Source of the DNA: a virus
Virus record (IMG/VR): IMGVR_UViG_3300044620_000527
Span: 1-64,000 of that record
Reading direction: 5' to 3' (one strand)
Length of the DNA: 64,000 nt
In this document: positions 35,161 through 45,906 of the stretch, in pieces
Position numbering within the stretch: the first letter of the stretch is position 1
How the letters are laid out: each line of letters begins with the position of its first letter
Made by a program: the position numbers and the translations under genes
Notes under the pieces: generated by a model
Told to the model about the DNA's origin: nothing
What the model saw: the letters and a program-made list of their open reading frames with translations, nothing else
Databases searched by the model: none

Positions 35161-38100
35161 ATGGCAGTAACAGCAACAACAAATAACGGTTATCAAAACG
35201 GATTAAGTAACGAATTGATGAGAGTGTCTGGGGATAGATCTCAGGCAACTTATACTGCAAAATGTTTTTCTGACAAAGTTCCCGATGTCATTAGAATAGA
35301 TTTTAAAGACTCATTTCATGGTAATTTTAGAACCGCATATGATCCAACCAGAACATCTCTCGATACATCTTTAGATGGACAAAGAGGTTTCCGCGAAGAG
35401 ATTTCTTTACCGTTAAATACACAAGGAAATTATGATATCGCAAAACACTTTAGAGTAAAACAAATAAATGGCGATACTGGAGAAGTTGTAGCAGAAGGTA
35501 TTGCGTTGCGTTGGGTTCCACCTTCCTCAAGTGGTGGGGGTGGAAGTTTATTCATTAAAGTATTGTTCCACGCAAGTGAAGATCCAACAACATTTAATAT
35601 TGCAAATGGTGTAATTTACTGCGACGAAATTGACGAATTTACATATAATTCAAAAACCTTTCCCGCTAACCCAATGTATTATGGTTCAAGTATAAGATCT
35701 GTACAGACGGTTTCAAACGTATATAAATTAACAACGGTAGAAGCATTAAATTCTGGCTCTAATAGTGAAACATGTGATAGTTCTACAATTACCACAGGTA
35801 AAGGTTTATATGAAAGTGGTCAAAGAGTACACTTAAAAAGACTCCCAACTCATCCAATTTGTGATTCTACTTTTTTGGCTACTGGTGTAGTAATATCGTC
35901 CGCTGTCGATGCTGCCACACAAAAGGTATCAGTTTTCGTTGAATTCGATTCCCCATTAAATGATACCGCAGGACAAGAAGGAAATTGTTCAGATTGCTCA
36001 GATACAAATACTTTGATTTTATGCACAGGAAATTCTAATGGAGATTGTACATCCAGTTGCTGCATCTACCAAATAGATGCTGTAAGAAAAATTAGTACAC
36101 CAGAATGTGGTACTGTGCAAAAGATAATATTTTCCGATGAAGTAGTAGCCAATGGTGAATTCGTTCCCGGTAGAGAATTATATCAATGGAAATATGAACT
36201 TTGTGGAAACCATCCGGCAAATGGCGATTACCGCGTATATAAACAAGATAACTCAGTTTCTAAAATTTCTGGTGAGTATTTAAATTGGGATTCTGGTTCC
36301 AAAACACTTTATGTTCTTTGCCCAGGTTCAATTATGAAAATTGAATATGGCAATGTATATCAAAAGTTGGCAACAGGTGTATTGTTATCAAGAGGCACCG
36401 GTATAGCATCTACCAGTAAATTTGATAGAAAAACAGGTTCTTTTATAAATCTAAGAAACACATCAGAAAATCCATCATATGTTCCCGGATTGGAATATAC
36501 ACAATCTTGGGAAACTGAAACTGGTGGAGAAAAATTAGTACAAACAATATCAACTGGTGATACATCATATAATCCAAATTATGAATACGCTATTGGTGAA
36601 ACTGTAATACAAGCACTTACTGAAAGTTCTGATGGTACAATAACAAATTATGCAGCTGGTACCGTTGTTGATTGGCAACCAAATAGCACAGCATTAAATA
36701 ATGTCCCATCTATATTGACAGTAAAAAGAATTAAATTGGGAACAGATGATCCATTAAATATTAATACTAATAATCCACTTATCTTGACAAATAAAACACT
36801 TTCAAGATTCCGTTATGGACCAGGAATTTCACCAAGTTCTACTGGTACTAAACTCAAAAACAGTAAAAGAAATATTTTACCACTACGAGTATTTGAAGAT
36901 GTTACTACCAGTGGTTCTACTGTTACTAACTGGTACAATTTTAGTTCAAATGCGGTTGTTCAAAATTCTTTACCTTCTGGTGCTACTGATAGTATCACAG
37001 AAAGTATAGGTACGATTGCACAAGGATCTTCAATAGGAACAACTAGAATAAAAGCAATACAATTAGATGCTGGAAATGTTTATAATGTTTCATTAATGAA
37101 TACAAACATTGCTTACAATGAACCAATATCTTTTAGTGACGTTACACAAATTGGTAAATCTGTAGTAAATACAACTGCATTAGGTGTTTCATACAATTCT
37201 ATAGTTTCTTTGGTTAATATAAATCAAGAAGTTATTGATGGTGAAAATATTACAAAATTGTATTTCCCCACATCAGATAAACAAATAATTTCTCTACCGG
37301 GTTCCGATGTTATTGAGAATGTAATTACTGGATCTGCTAATTTTGGATCTACAGAAATTACTGTACAAAAATTGTATAACGTTAATTTTGCATCAAATAG
37401 CGTAGAAGTAAAAGTAAACGATCAATATAACTCTATTGAAAATGCAGAATTTCCAAGTTATTTTGCGTCAACATTCTCTTTTGCTGTAGATCAATCTGGT
37501 AATACCGTTAATCTTGTAAAGTACAACAATTTGGAATCTTCAAATGCGGAACCTGCCGATAATTCCACATTATACTATGATGTATTTTCTGAAGGAAGTG
37601 AAAATTCCAGCAGAGATACTATTTTGTTTAGAAAGAAAACAAATGGAACAATCACAAGTATATTGTTTGGTGCTGAAGTAAAATGTGTTGTTTCTAGTGT
37701 ACTAAAAACAAAAACACAAAAACAATTTGATCAAACTGCATACTTGCGTTATCAAACTTCTGGTAAATTTAAAGGAAAATGGACAGCTCAACTTGAAGAA
37801 TATGATGTTTCTTCTTTGATTTCTGTTTTCTTTGTAAGTAGTCCACTCGGTGCCCAAATACAAAGTGAAAATAAAAAAGCACTGTTTGGTATTTCTAGAG
37901 AAGTTGATGACTATGCTTATGGCAAATCTATATTGGTTTTGTCTAGTGATGGTGTAGTTGAAAATCAAAATACCGATATTTCTCAGGGAGCAGTTACTCC
38001 AAATATTCCTAAATTCGGTACGCTTGTCCGTGAAGGTGTAACAGAAAACTATAGTGTACAAATAAGTGTAAGTGGATTCTCGTCTTCTATACCAACAAAT

Positions 38101-41031
38101 ACTGCCGGTATTATAATGAGAGAGTCTTACAAAGATTTCAATACAAATACACTTTCTGTTAAAAATATTCCATACTATAAATCAAAAGTAGATGGAAACG
38201 AATACCATTTATCTGCAATTTTAGATTGCCGTGGTTTGTTGAATGATTCTGGAACATATGGACAAACTAAATTTGTAATACTCCCACAATCTTCAACTGT
38301 AAATACTTCTTTGGGTGTTTACATGCCAAGATATGATTTACTTTATATCAATAAAGAGGGAGCATTTAAGTTTGCATATGGTATTACATCACTTACCCCA
38401 CAATACCCAGATCTTCCAGAGGATGGTATGGTATTGTACAAGATACAAAAACCAAGTTATATTTTTACAAATCAAGATTTAAGTTTTATCTATACAGACA
38501 ATAAACGTTACACAATGAGAGACATTGGTCGTATTGATAAAAGAGTTCAACAATTGGAAGTATATTCTTCTTTGAGTTTGCTAGAAAAAGATGCCGATTC
38601 GCTGCTTATTGAAGATACGAACGGAAATAATAGATTTAAAAATGGTATCATAGTAGATCCATTTGAAAATCATAAAATAGGTGAAGTGTCGCACCCAGAT
38701 TATTACATTGCAATAGACGAAACAGAAACCTGCTTGCGTCCAAAAGCAAAAGTAGAAAATCTTAAGATAACACCAGTATCCGATTCTTCAACTTTCATTG
38801 AAATAAAAAATAGTAAAACAGGAGTTATTGGAAGCACAGCAAATCCTTCAATATCTACTGGTTTGTTTATGATGCCCTACACAGAGACGGCATTTGTTGT
38901 TCAACCACAAGCAACAAGATCCATGACTCTAACGCCTTTTGAAACTTTAAATTTAGAAGGTACGGTTCGTCTCGCACCAAGAGAAGACGACTGGGTAGAT
39001 ACAACAACTCGACCAGATTTAAATGTAAATTTGGCTGGAGAAAACGATATTTGGGAAGGTATTTTGGATGAATTAAATTCATCTCCAGATGGTCCTTTCT
39101 CTTTGGAGTTTGGTAATTGGACTGAATTGAGTAGACAAAGTACTTCCAGAACAAGAAGAACGACAACTGCTCAAGGAAGAAGAAGAACAAGAACAACTAC
39201 CACCACCACAAACACAAGAATAAGAGAACAAAGATCTATTATTGGTGAGCAATTAAGAACAACCACAGAACAAGTTTCTTTGGGTGATAGAGTTGTTGAT
39301 GTTTCTTTGATTCCGTATATGAGAGCAAAGAGACTAAAAATTGTTATCAATGGAATGAAAACTAATTCCAGAATTTATCCTTTCTTTGACGGTATTGATG
39401 TATCGCAATATTGTTATCTTTATTCCAGTATTGCTCAAATGGATACTGATTTTGCTAATTTGACTTTGAATGAAGCAAATAAATTTACAAATACAACATC
39501 AGGATTTAAGAAAACAGATTCAAGTGGTAATGCGTTTATAATTTTTGAAATGCCGGGTGGAGTCTTTAGAACCGGAGACAGAAAGTTTACAATTTCGGAT
39601 AATCAAAATAACGATTTTAGCAGAGCATCTACATTTGCTACAGGAACCTATTCTGCTTCTGGTTTATCACAAATACGCGAAACCACTAGAGCAACTATTA
39701 GAAATTTTGATACTGAAACTATTAATAGAACAGAAGAAAGAATACTTTCACAAAGCACAGTTAATACAAACACAACCACTTGGAGAGTAGATCCTCTTGC
39801 TCAAACATTTACAATAAATCCAGAACTATATCCAAATGGTATATTCTTGAGCAGTATTGATGTTTTCTTTGCAAGAAAACCAGATAACTCTACAAATATA
39901 CCAGCAAAAATTGAAGTAAGACCAACTGTAAATGGATTCCCTGATGCAAACAAGATATATCCGGGTGGTATCTGCATATTGCATCCATCACAAGTAAATG
40001 TTTCGGATGCACCATCTGCAAATAATTCTGCTACTGCAACAAGATTTACATTTGAACATCCACTCTATCTTGAGCCGGGAGAACACTCATTTGTAGTTCG
40101 TTCAACTTCAGATGAATATGAAATTTATATTGCAGAAATTGGACAAACTCTATTGAATACAACTCAAAGAGTCACCGAACAACCTTATGTTGGTGTATTC
40201 TTTAGTTCATCTAATGCAAGCACATGGTTGCCACAACCAGCAGTTGATATGATGATGACATTGAACAAGTGCGAATTCACAACAAATCAATTATACACAT
40301 TTGTAGGTAAGACTAATTTTGCTGGTAAAGATTTAAATTACGAAATACTAAACTTGAGTAATTCTTATCAGGAATTTGATGTAGCAAAAATATCTTGGCA
40401 AATTAGTGAAAATAATACGCTCGATGGTACTTATACAAATATAAATGCAAATCAAGATATTAAATATACTTCTACAAAAATTCTAAGAGATGGTAGTAGT
40501 TTATACTTTAAAGCAACTGGATTGACAACAAGTAAAGATGTATGTCCTGTAATAAACACTGAAAGATTATCTGGATTTGTTATCAAAAATGTTATAGAAA
40601 ACAATAATAATAGTACAAGTAACGGCGAATTGAATCCATATGCATCTGATATCGGTGAAATGCGTAGAGCAAGATATATTACAAAAATAGTCACACTGGA
40701 AGATGGATTCGAATCTACAGGATTTAAATTAGTGTTGTCTGTAAATAAACCAGTAGGAACAAGAATTCAAGCATTCTTGAAATATCAAACAACAGAACAA
40801 ACAAAAGAGTTTCATGACAATAATTACATAGAACTTATACCAGATATGGGTATAGATCAATTTAATGCTTTCTATACAAGAAATGAAACAGATTATGTGG
40901 ATGTTTCGTTCCGTCTACCAGTAGACACATCTGTTCCTTATAACAAATTTGCTATAAAACTTTGTTTGTATAGTGAAAATGCTGCTTACGTTCCAAAGAT
41001 ACAAGATCTAAGAGGTATTGCTGTATTATGA
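35161..41031 (+). CDS. Virion structural protein, DUF4815-like, central and C-terminal part
   Basis: NKRYTMRDIGRIDKRVQQLEVYSSLSLLE, RFKNGIIVDPF, DPLAQTF, GIFLSSIDVFF, QPYVGVFFSSSNASTW, ARYITKIVTL and VPKIQDLRGIA. Confidence 0.82.
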   Translation: MAVTATTNNGYQNGLSNELMRVSGDRSQATYTAKCFSDKVPDVIRIDFKDSFHGNFRTAYDPTRTSLDTSLDGQRGFREEISLPLNTQGNYDIAKHFRVKQINGDTGEVVAEGIALRWVPPSSSGGGGSLFIKVLFHASEDPTTFNIANGVIYCDEIDEFTYNSKTFPANPMYYGSSIRSVQTVSNVYKLTTVEALNSGSNSETCDSSTITTGKGLYESGQRVHLKRLPTHPICDSTFLATGVVISSAVDAATQKVSVFVEFDSPLNDTAGQEGNCSDCSDTNTLILCTGNSNGDCTSSCCIYQIDAVRKISTPECGTVQKIIFSDEVVANGEFVPGRELYQWKYELCGNHPANGDYRVYKQDNSVSKISGEYLNWDSGSKTLYVLCPGSIMKIEYGNVYQKLATGVLLSRGTGIASTSKFDRKTGSFINLRNTSENPSYVPGLEYTQSWETETGGEKLVQTISTGDTSYNPNYEYAIGETVIQALTESSDGTITNYAAGTVVDWQPNSTALNNVPSILTVKRIKLGTDDPLNINTNNPLILTNKTLSRFRYGPGISPSSTGTKLKNSKRNILPLRVFEDVTTSGSTVTNWYNFSSNAVVQNSLPSGATDSITESIGTIAQGSSIGTTRIKAIQLDAGNVYNVSLMNTNIAYNEPISFSDVTQIGKSVVNTTALGVSYNSIVSLVNINQEVIDGENITKLYFPTSDKQIISLPGSDVIENVITGSANFGSTEITVQKLYNVNFASNSVEVKVNDQYNSIENAEFPSYFASTFSFAVDQSGNTVNLVKYNNLESSNAEPADNSTLYYDVFSEGSENSSRDTILFRKKTNGTITSILFGAEVKCVVSSVLKTKTQKQFDQTAYLRYQTSGKFKGKWTAQLEEYDVSSLISVFFVSSPLGAQIQSENKKALFGISREVDDYAYGKSILVLSSDGVVENQNTDISQGAVTPNIPKFGTLVREGVTENYSVQISVSGFSSSIPTNTAGIIMRESYKDFNTNTLSVKNIPYYKSKVDGNEYHLSAILDCRGLLNDSGTYGQTKFVILPQSSTVNTSLGVYMPRYDLLYINKEGAFKFAYGITSLTPQYPDLPEDGMVLYKIQKPSYIFTNQDLSFIYTDNKRYTMRDIGRIDKRVQQLEVYSSLSLLEKDADSLLIEDTNGNNRFKNGIIVDPFENHKIGEVSHPDYYIAIDETETCLRPKAKVENLKITPVSDSSTFIEIKNSKTGVIGSTANPSISTGLFMMPYTETAFVVQPQATRSMTLTPFETLNLEGTVRLAPREDDWVDTTTRPDLNVNLAGENDIWEGILDELNSSPDGPFSLEFGNWTELSRQSTSRTRRTTTAQGRRRTRTTTTTTNTRIREQRSIIGEQLRTTTEQVSLGDRVVDVSLIPYMRAKRLKIVINGMKTNSRIYPFFDGIDVSQYCYLYSSIAQMDTDFANLTLNEANKFTNTTSGFKKTDSSGNAFIIFEMPGGVFRTGDRKFTISDNQNNDFSRASTFATGTYSASGLSQIRETTRATIRNFDTETINRTEERILSQSTVNTNTTTWRVDPLAQTFTINPELYPNGIFLSSIDVFFARKPDNSTNIPAKIEVRPTVNGFPDANKIYPGGICILHPSQVNVSDAPSANNSATATRFTFEHPLYLEPGEHSFVVRSTSDEYEIYIAEIGQTLLNTTQRVTEQPYVGVFFSSSNASTWLPQPAVDMMMTLNKCEFTTNQLYTFVGKTNFAGKDLNYEILNLSNSYQEFDVAKISWQISENNTLDGTYTNINANQDIKYTSTKILRDGSSLYFKATGLTTSKDVCPVINTERLSGFVIKNVIENNNNSTSNGELNPYASDIGEMRRARYITKIVTLEDGFESTGFKLVLSVNKPVGTRIQAFLKYQTTEQTKEFHDNNYIELIPDMGIDQFNAFYTRNETDYVDVSFRLPVDTSVPYNKFAIKLCLYSENAAYVPKIQDLRGIAVL

Positions 41032-41222
41032 TGCACAATTTACCAATAAATGGTAGAGATGATGTTAAAAGAGATCCAAGAACTGGTGCCGTTTTATCGT
41101 GTGATCGTGGCAAATTAATGGAAGCGAAGCGGTTGAAGAAGGAAAACGAAAGATATATAAATTTAGAAAAACGAGTACAAGAATTAGAAAACATTGTACG
41201 AGAACTACTAAAAGGCAAATAA
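41028..41222 (+). CDS. Small conserved T4-like protein (RDxxTGAV plus coiled coil)
   Basis: VKRDPRTGAVL then coiled coil; this kind of small gene typically follows the DUF4815 gene. Confidence 0.65.
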   Translation: MMHNLPINGRDDVKRDPRTGAVLSCDRGKLMEAKRLKKENERYINLEKRVQELENIVRELLKGK

Positions 41223-41225
41223 TCA

Positions 41226-44200
41226 ATGAGCACATTTAGAGAACCTGTATTCGATTTTGAAACTCTAACAAATAGTGATACCGTAATAACTTGGTTAACT
41301 AGAACAAACCAAATTATTACTGGTATGAATTCTCTTTATGTTGCCGATATATTTGAAGGCGATGGTATTTGTACTACCAGAGCAGATGGTATTGTTACAA
41401 TTAATATTGATGCTGGTCCTGGTCTTGGATTTAATACTTCAAATGAATTAACATTAAGTTTTGCAAATGTTACAGAACTTACTACAGCATCTTCTACAGT
41501 ATCTCCAATATTATCTACAGATTATGTTTATATTGGAAGATCTAACGGTTTATTTAAAGTTAAATCCGATAGCATTTTACCAACGGTAATTAAACACAAC
41601 CACACATTTGAACAAATTACTACATTTTCTGCAATATATACAAAAGGTGCAATAACAGCAGTAGATACTGGTGGTCTTGCTGCAAAGGGTGCTATAGGCT
41701 TTAATTATGCATCAAATAATACACCCAAAGGATGGAATATAAACAGTTTTGTTGTAGATGGGGGTGTAAATCTTCCCGCAGATGGTTTTATTAGAAATAT
41801 ATTTCCAGAATATATTACACAAAGTGATTATGTCCCCGGATGGGACCCCTATACAACAAATTATGGAGAAGATGCATTTTTTACAAATGCTTCTTTTAAT
41901 TTTGCTACAACAAACTATCCTCAACAAGGAGAAGATGAACTTTCAGTTGGGGGTTTGCAGCAAAATAAAATTGCAATGCGCTTCTATACTGGTATAGAAG
42001 GTAATAATGGAGATGGTTTAGGTTATATAAGCAATCCTAGTGTTTATGGAACGTCAACTTTGCGTTGGCCAATGCTTTGGACAATGGAATTTGCCGAAGG
42101 GTACTTTGCATTAACTGGTAGTGAAGGATATAGACCCGCAGATGGTGGTAGTGGATCTGTATATTCTTTTGACGCCTTTAAGTATGAATATCTTGATCAA
42201 AATGTTCTTAATAACTTGTTTACAATAACAGGCAAAATAAGAATAAACAATTTGGCAAATTCTGAACAATTCATTTCTAGTCCATCTGGGGCATCGAACA
42301 AAGTTCCATTAACTGGTTCTGATGGCTTAATAAACAAAAAGTTTACTAATAGAATTGTAACTACAGATTATTTAACTTTATCTGTAGGTAACATAGTGTA
42401 TGTTGGAACAATTACTGATGGAGATATTACTTATGCAAAAGCGCAAGCATCTCCTGCTGGAAATTATGATGTAATTGGTATAGTGGAATCTATTAGTGGT
42501 GGTTCTGCAACAATAGTGTTGAATGGTGAATTTGAACTCAATGGAGTTAGTTCCCTAGAACCAGGCATAAAATATTACTTATCTCAAACAACTGCTGGTC
42601 AATATGTTCAAGAAGGTACATATTCAACTGGTATAATAAAGCCAGTATTTGTTGCAATTTCTTCCAGCAAGGGTATTTTGCTTGGTGCAAACGAAAATGC
42701 AAACATATCAAGTGTATCTGTCACCGATCAAGCACTTAATGAAGAAACTCTAGAAGTAAATTCTCCAAACTTTGATCTTAAGTTTGTTGCTGGACCAAAT
42801 ATTGATTTGGATATTAATTCCAACAACGAAGTTGAAATACGAGTAGTAGATCTTGCTGGTTCTCAAGACACATTTAGAACTATTACTGTTAATGGTGTTG
42901 GTTCCGATGGTGATGGTTCTGTGGTTGCTGATGTTCCAAATGATACTTTGACATTTACTAGTAGTACTTTGTCAATCACAGCAAACTCCACTACAGATAC
43001 TATAAATTTTGAAGCACCAAATGCATTTACTACATTTAAATTCAGTGATGGAACAGATTATTCTTATGTTGCTGAATCAACATCAGATACTTTACAATTA
43101 ATTGCTGGAGATGGTGTCACCTTCACACAAAACACCGATGATTCTATAATCATTTCGGCAACTGTTGAGGGTGGAGTTGCCCCAGAAAATATTACATATT
43201 CTGGAGCATATCAAGTATTGGTTTCCGATTCATCATCTGATGGAATGGCAGTATCGCTTTTAGGTGGTGATGCAGATTCGTTCACAATAGGTTATGGTTT
43301 GGGAACAACAAATATTGCTTTGGATCATACTAAAGAAATAACACTTTCCGCAGGAACTGATGAATACACATATGATGGTGATCTTTATAATTTAAACTCT
43401 AGCGGTGACTGGCCAACAACAACTTGGTCAAAATATTTACCAGATCAACTTGCTGGTTATATGGTGGGAAGAATTACAACAAGTGCTTTAGGTGATAATA
43501 GCACATTCCCTGATAGTAAAATAAGAAGACTTTCAAGAAGAGATGTCAGACACTTTTTGGGTATAGCCCAAGAAGGATTTATTGATAATATTGGAAGTGT
43601 TTTTAATCAATGGACAATAGACGGCGGGTCAACTTATGTTACTGCAAACGATAAATCTGGTGTTCTTAACATACAGGCGGGTGCTGGTATATCTCTTTCA
43701 AATCCCGGCGCACCAGATAGAATAGTAATCACAAATACAGGTGTTGCTCAAAATGCATTTGGTAGCGTAATAGTTAAAAATTACAATGGTAGCACGATAG
43801 ATTCATTTGATGCTGCTAGTTCTTCAGATAATTTTACTTTAAAATCTGGTAGATTTGTTACAATTGACACAGATACCAATAGTGATACTGCAATTTTTGA
43901 TATTTCTATACCAGACGATTACTCAATATTGGGTAACCCAGGCACAACAGATGGTATGGGTATAATTAGTCTTGCAAGTAATAGTTACTCTTTATTGGGT
44001 CGTTCTGGTGGTCCAATTGAAGCAATTACAGCAGATACTCTTAAGTGGACTGGAGTAACTTCTGGTACTTTAACTTCTCCCGAAATGGAACTACCATATT
44101 TTGGTGTAGTACAAGTTGGAACAGCAGGCACACCAACCATATTGAACTCATATGGTGTTGGTAAAGGTGCATTAAGAGTTGAAGCTGGTTCTGGTGTAAC

Positions 44201-45902
44201 TTTAACAGCAGACACCAATACAAATACAATTACTATTACATCTGAAGGTGGTCCAGGCACTACAACCGAAAATGCACTAAGAACACTATTTGCTAATAGT
44301 TCGCAATATAATTTTAGTTCAACTTTTAATAGAGTCAGATTAAATAACGGTAATGGAATTGCCATAACAAGCAGTTCAGATTCAACCGACGCAATATTGA
44401 ATTTTAATCTAGCATCTATACCAAACAACAGTGTTCTTGCTAATACCAATAGTATTGACGCGGTTCCTACACATTTGAGTTTTGCTACCGATCAAATTTT
44501 AGGTAGACTTGGTGGTTCTGGTGCATTGGGTGCGTATCCCATTAAGTCTGGTACTGGAACAACATTAAGAGAACGACTTGACATAAGACATTATGGTAAG
44601 GTTCAAATATCAGATGGAACCACAGTAACAGATTTAACAGCTCTCGGTAGCGGCACTGCAACCTCAACGACAGGTGCCACTTTACGATTAAGAGCTGGAT
44701 CAAATATTACATTGTCTGGCTCACTTTCCAACGATAGCACATCTATAATAACAATCACCGGAGCAAATCCATCATTAATTTTAGATACTAATCCAGAATT
44801 TTCTGGAAGCGTATTCAGTGGTACTGGAAGACAAAATGTTATAACATATGGTGATCCATTTATTGGTGTCGTTCCTAGCGGTAAAGCAATAGTAGAACGA
44901 CACAGAACATATGATGTTTCTAATGCAAATAATGAACATTTTATAACATTTAGAGAACTACAATTACCTCTAATTAATAGTTCACTTTCTACTTTTGCCA
45001 CAGTAACTTCTCCAGTTACAGGACAAAGCATAAAAGCAGATTCTGGTAATGCAACTCAATACATGTATGCGGGTGGGTATACCTTAAATGTTAGAAATCT
45101 TTCAGCCGGTTCAACAACTCAAGGTAATTTGACTTTTGTTGGTGATGCAATTCGTTTAAGTGCAACTGGCACCATACATTTAGAAGGAACTGGTACTGCT
45201 GTAAACTTGAATGCTAAAGTTTTAAGAGGTACTTCTAATACATTTAAATTTGGTGCTGTTGGAGAATGTATTCTGTCATCAACAAATACAAGCGGTACAG
45301 TTAGTAGTACAAATTTTATAATGCACAGCGGTTCTTCATTCATGTTGCGTTTTGGTGCAACACCGATAACTCAACTACTTTTCACAGATGAAGATCAAGA
45401 TGGTGAAGTAAGAATAACCACAACTGGAACAGGAGCAAATAAAAAAGTAGTATTTGATACAGATGTTGATTTTGGTGTAGTTAGTGGCTCTACAAGAACA
45501 ATTGATTTTGCAAATGCTACGATAGTAGGTTTAACTGTATCTTCGCACAGTTCAACACACGACGCCGTTGATAGTGCCAGTTCCAATACTGTAGCAAGTA
45601 TTGGTACAGATCCTATACAGGCTTGGCAAGTGGGTGGAGTTGCGCGCGGTCAACCCACCATGCTAAATACTATCGGTATAGTAAATGGAGATGGACAGTA
45701 CGATTTTGATTTAAGTGCTGTATCCAAAGCACTCCTCTATAGTGGTTCTACCACATACAATACTACAAATTATACCAGTAGTATAACAGCATCGACAAAA
45801 GGACCACTTTACTTAGTCGTTCCAAGTGATACGGATACCACAAATCCTGCTGCATGGCCTCCAGGTCCTCCAGGTCAAATTATTCTCATAAGAAAGCCAT
45901 AA
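41226..45902 (+). CDS. Tail fibre / long structural fibre protein
   Basis: N-terminal LTNSDTVITWLTRTNQII anchor, repeated DTLxLxAGxGIxL fibre motifs and LEPGIKYYLSQTTAG module; Ser/Thr/Gly rich. Confidence 0.65.
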   Translation: MSTFREPVFDFETLTNSDTVITWLTRTNQIITGMNSLYVADIFEGDGICTTRADGIVTINIDAGPGLGFNTSNELTLSFANVTELTTASSTVSPILSTDYVYIGRSNGLFKVKSDSILPTVIKHNHTFEQITTFSAIYTKGAITAVDTGGLAAKGAIGFNYASNNTPKGWNINSFVVDGGVNLPADGFIRNIFPEYITQSDYVPGWDPYTTNYGEDAFFTNASFNFATTNYPQQGEDELSVGGLQQNKIAMRFYTGIEGNNGDGLGYISNPSVYGTSTLRWPMLWTMEFAEGYFALTGSEGYRPADGGSGSVYSFDAFKYEYLDQNVLNNLFTITGKIRINNLANSEQFISSPSGASNKVPLTGSDGLINKKFTNRIVTTDYLTLSVGNIVYVGTITDGDITYAKAQASPAGNYDVIGIVESISGGSATIVLNGEFELNGVSSLEPGIKYYLSQTTAGQYVQEGTYSTGIIKPVFVAISSSKGILLGANENANISSVSVTDQALNEETLEVNSPNFDLKFVAGPNIDLDINSNNEVEIRVVDLAGSQDTFRTITVNGVGSDGDGSVVADVPNDTLTFTSSTLSITANSTTDTINFEAPNAFTTFKFSDGTDYSYVAESTSDTLQLIAGDGVTFTQNTDDSIIISATVEGGVAPENITYSGAYQVLVSDSSSDGMAVSLLGGDADSFTIGYGLGTTNIALDHTKEITLSAGTDEYTYDGDLYNLNSSGDWPTTTWSKYLPDQLAGYMVGRITTSALGDNSTFPDSKIRRLSRRDVRHFLGIAQEGFIDNIGSVFNQWTIDGGSTYVTANDKSGVLNIQAGAGISLSNPGAPDRIVITNTGVAQNAFGSVIVKNYNGSTIDSFDAASSSDNFTLKSGRFVTIDTDTNSDTAIFDISIPDDYSILGNPGTTDGMGIISLASNSYSLLGRSGGPIEAITADTLKWTGVTSGTLTSPEMELPYFGVVQVGTAGTPTILNSYGVGKGALRVEAGSGVTLTADTNTNTITITSEGGPGTTTENALRTLFANSSQYNFSSTFNRVRLNNGNGIAITSSSDSTDAILNFNLASIPNNSVLANTNSIDAVPTHLSFATDQILGRLGGSGALGAYPIKSGTGTTLRERLDIRHYGKVQISDGTTVTDLTALGSGTATSTTGATLRLRAGSNITLSGSLSNDSTSIITITGANPSLILDTNPEFSGSVFSGTGRQNVITYGDPFIGVVPSGKAIVERHRTYDVSNANNEHFITFRELQLPLINSSLSTFATVTSPVTGQSIKADSGNATQYMYAGGYTLNVRNLSAGSTTQGNLTFVGDAIRLSATGTIHLEGTGTAVNLNAKVLRGTSNTFKFGAVGECILSSTNTSGTVSSTNFIMHSGSSFMLRFGATPITQLLFTDEDQDGEVRITTTGTGANKKVVFDTDVDFGVVSGSTRTIDFANATIVGLTVSSHSSTHDAVDSASSNTVASIGTDPIQAWQVGGVARGQPTMLNTIGIVNGDGQYDFDLSAVSKALLYSGSTTYNTTNYTSSITASTKGPLYLVVPSDTDTTNPAAWPPGPPGQIILIRKP

Positions 45903-45906
45903 TATT

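Noticed and set aside
39125-39240. Arg/Thr-rich stretch as a separate element
   Set aside because: In-frame low-complexity segment within the DUF4815-like protein.
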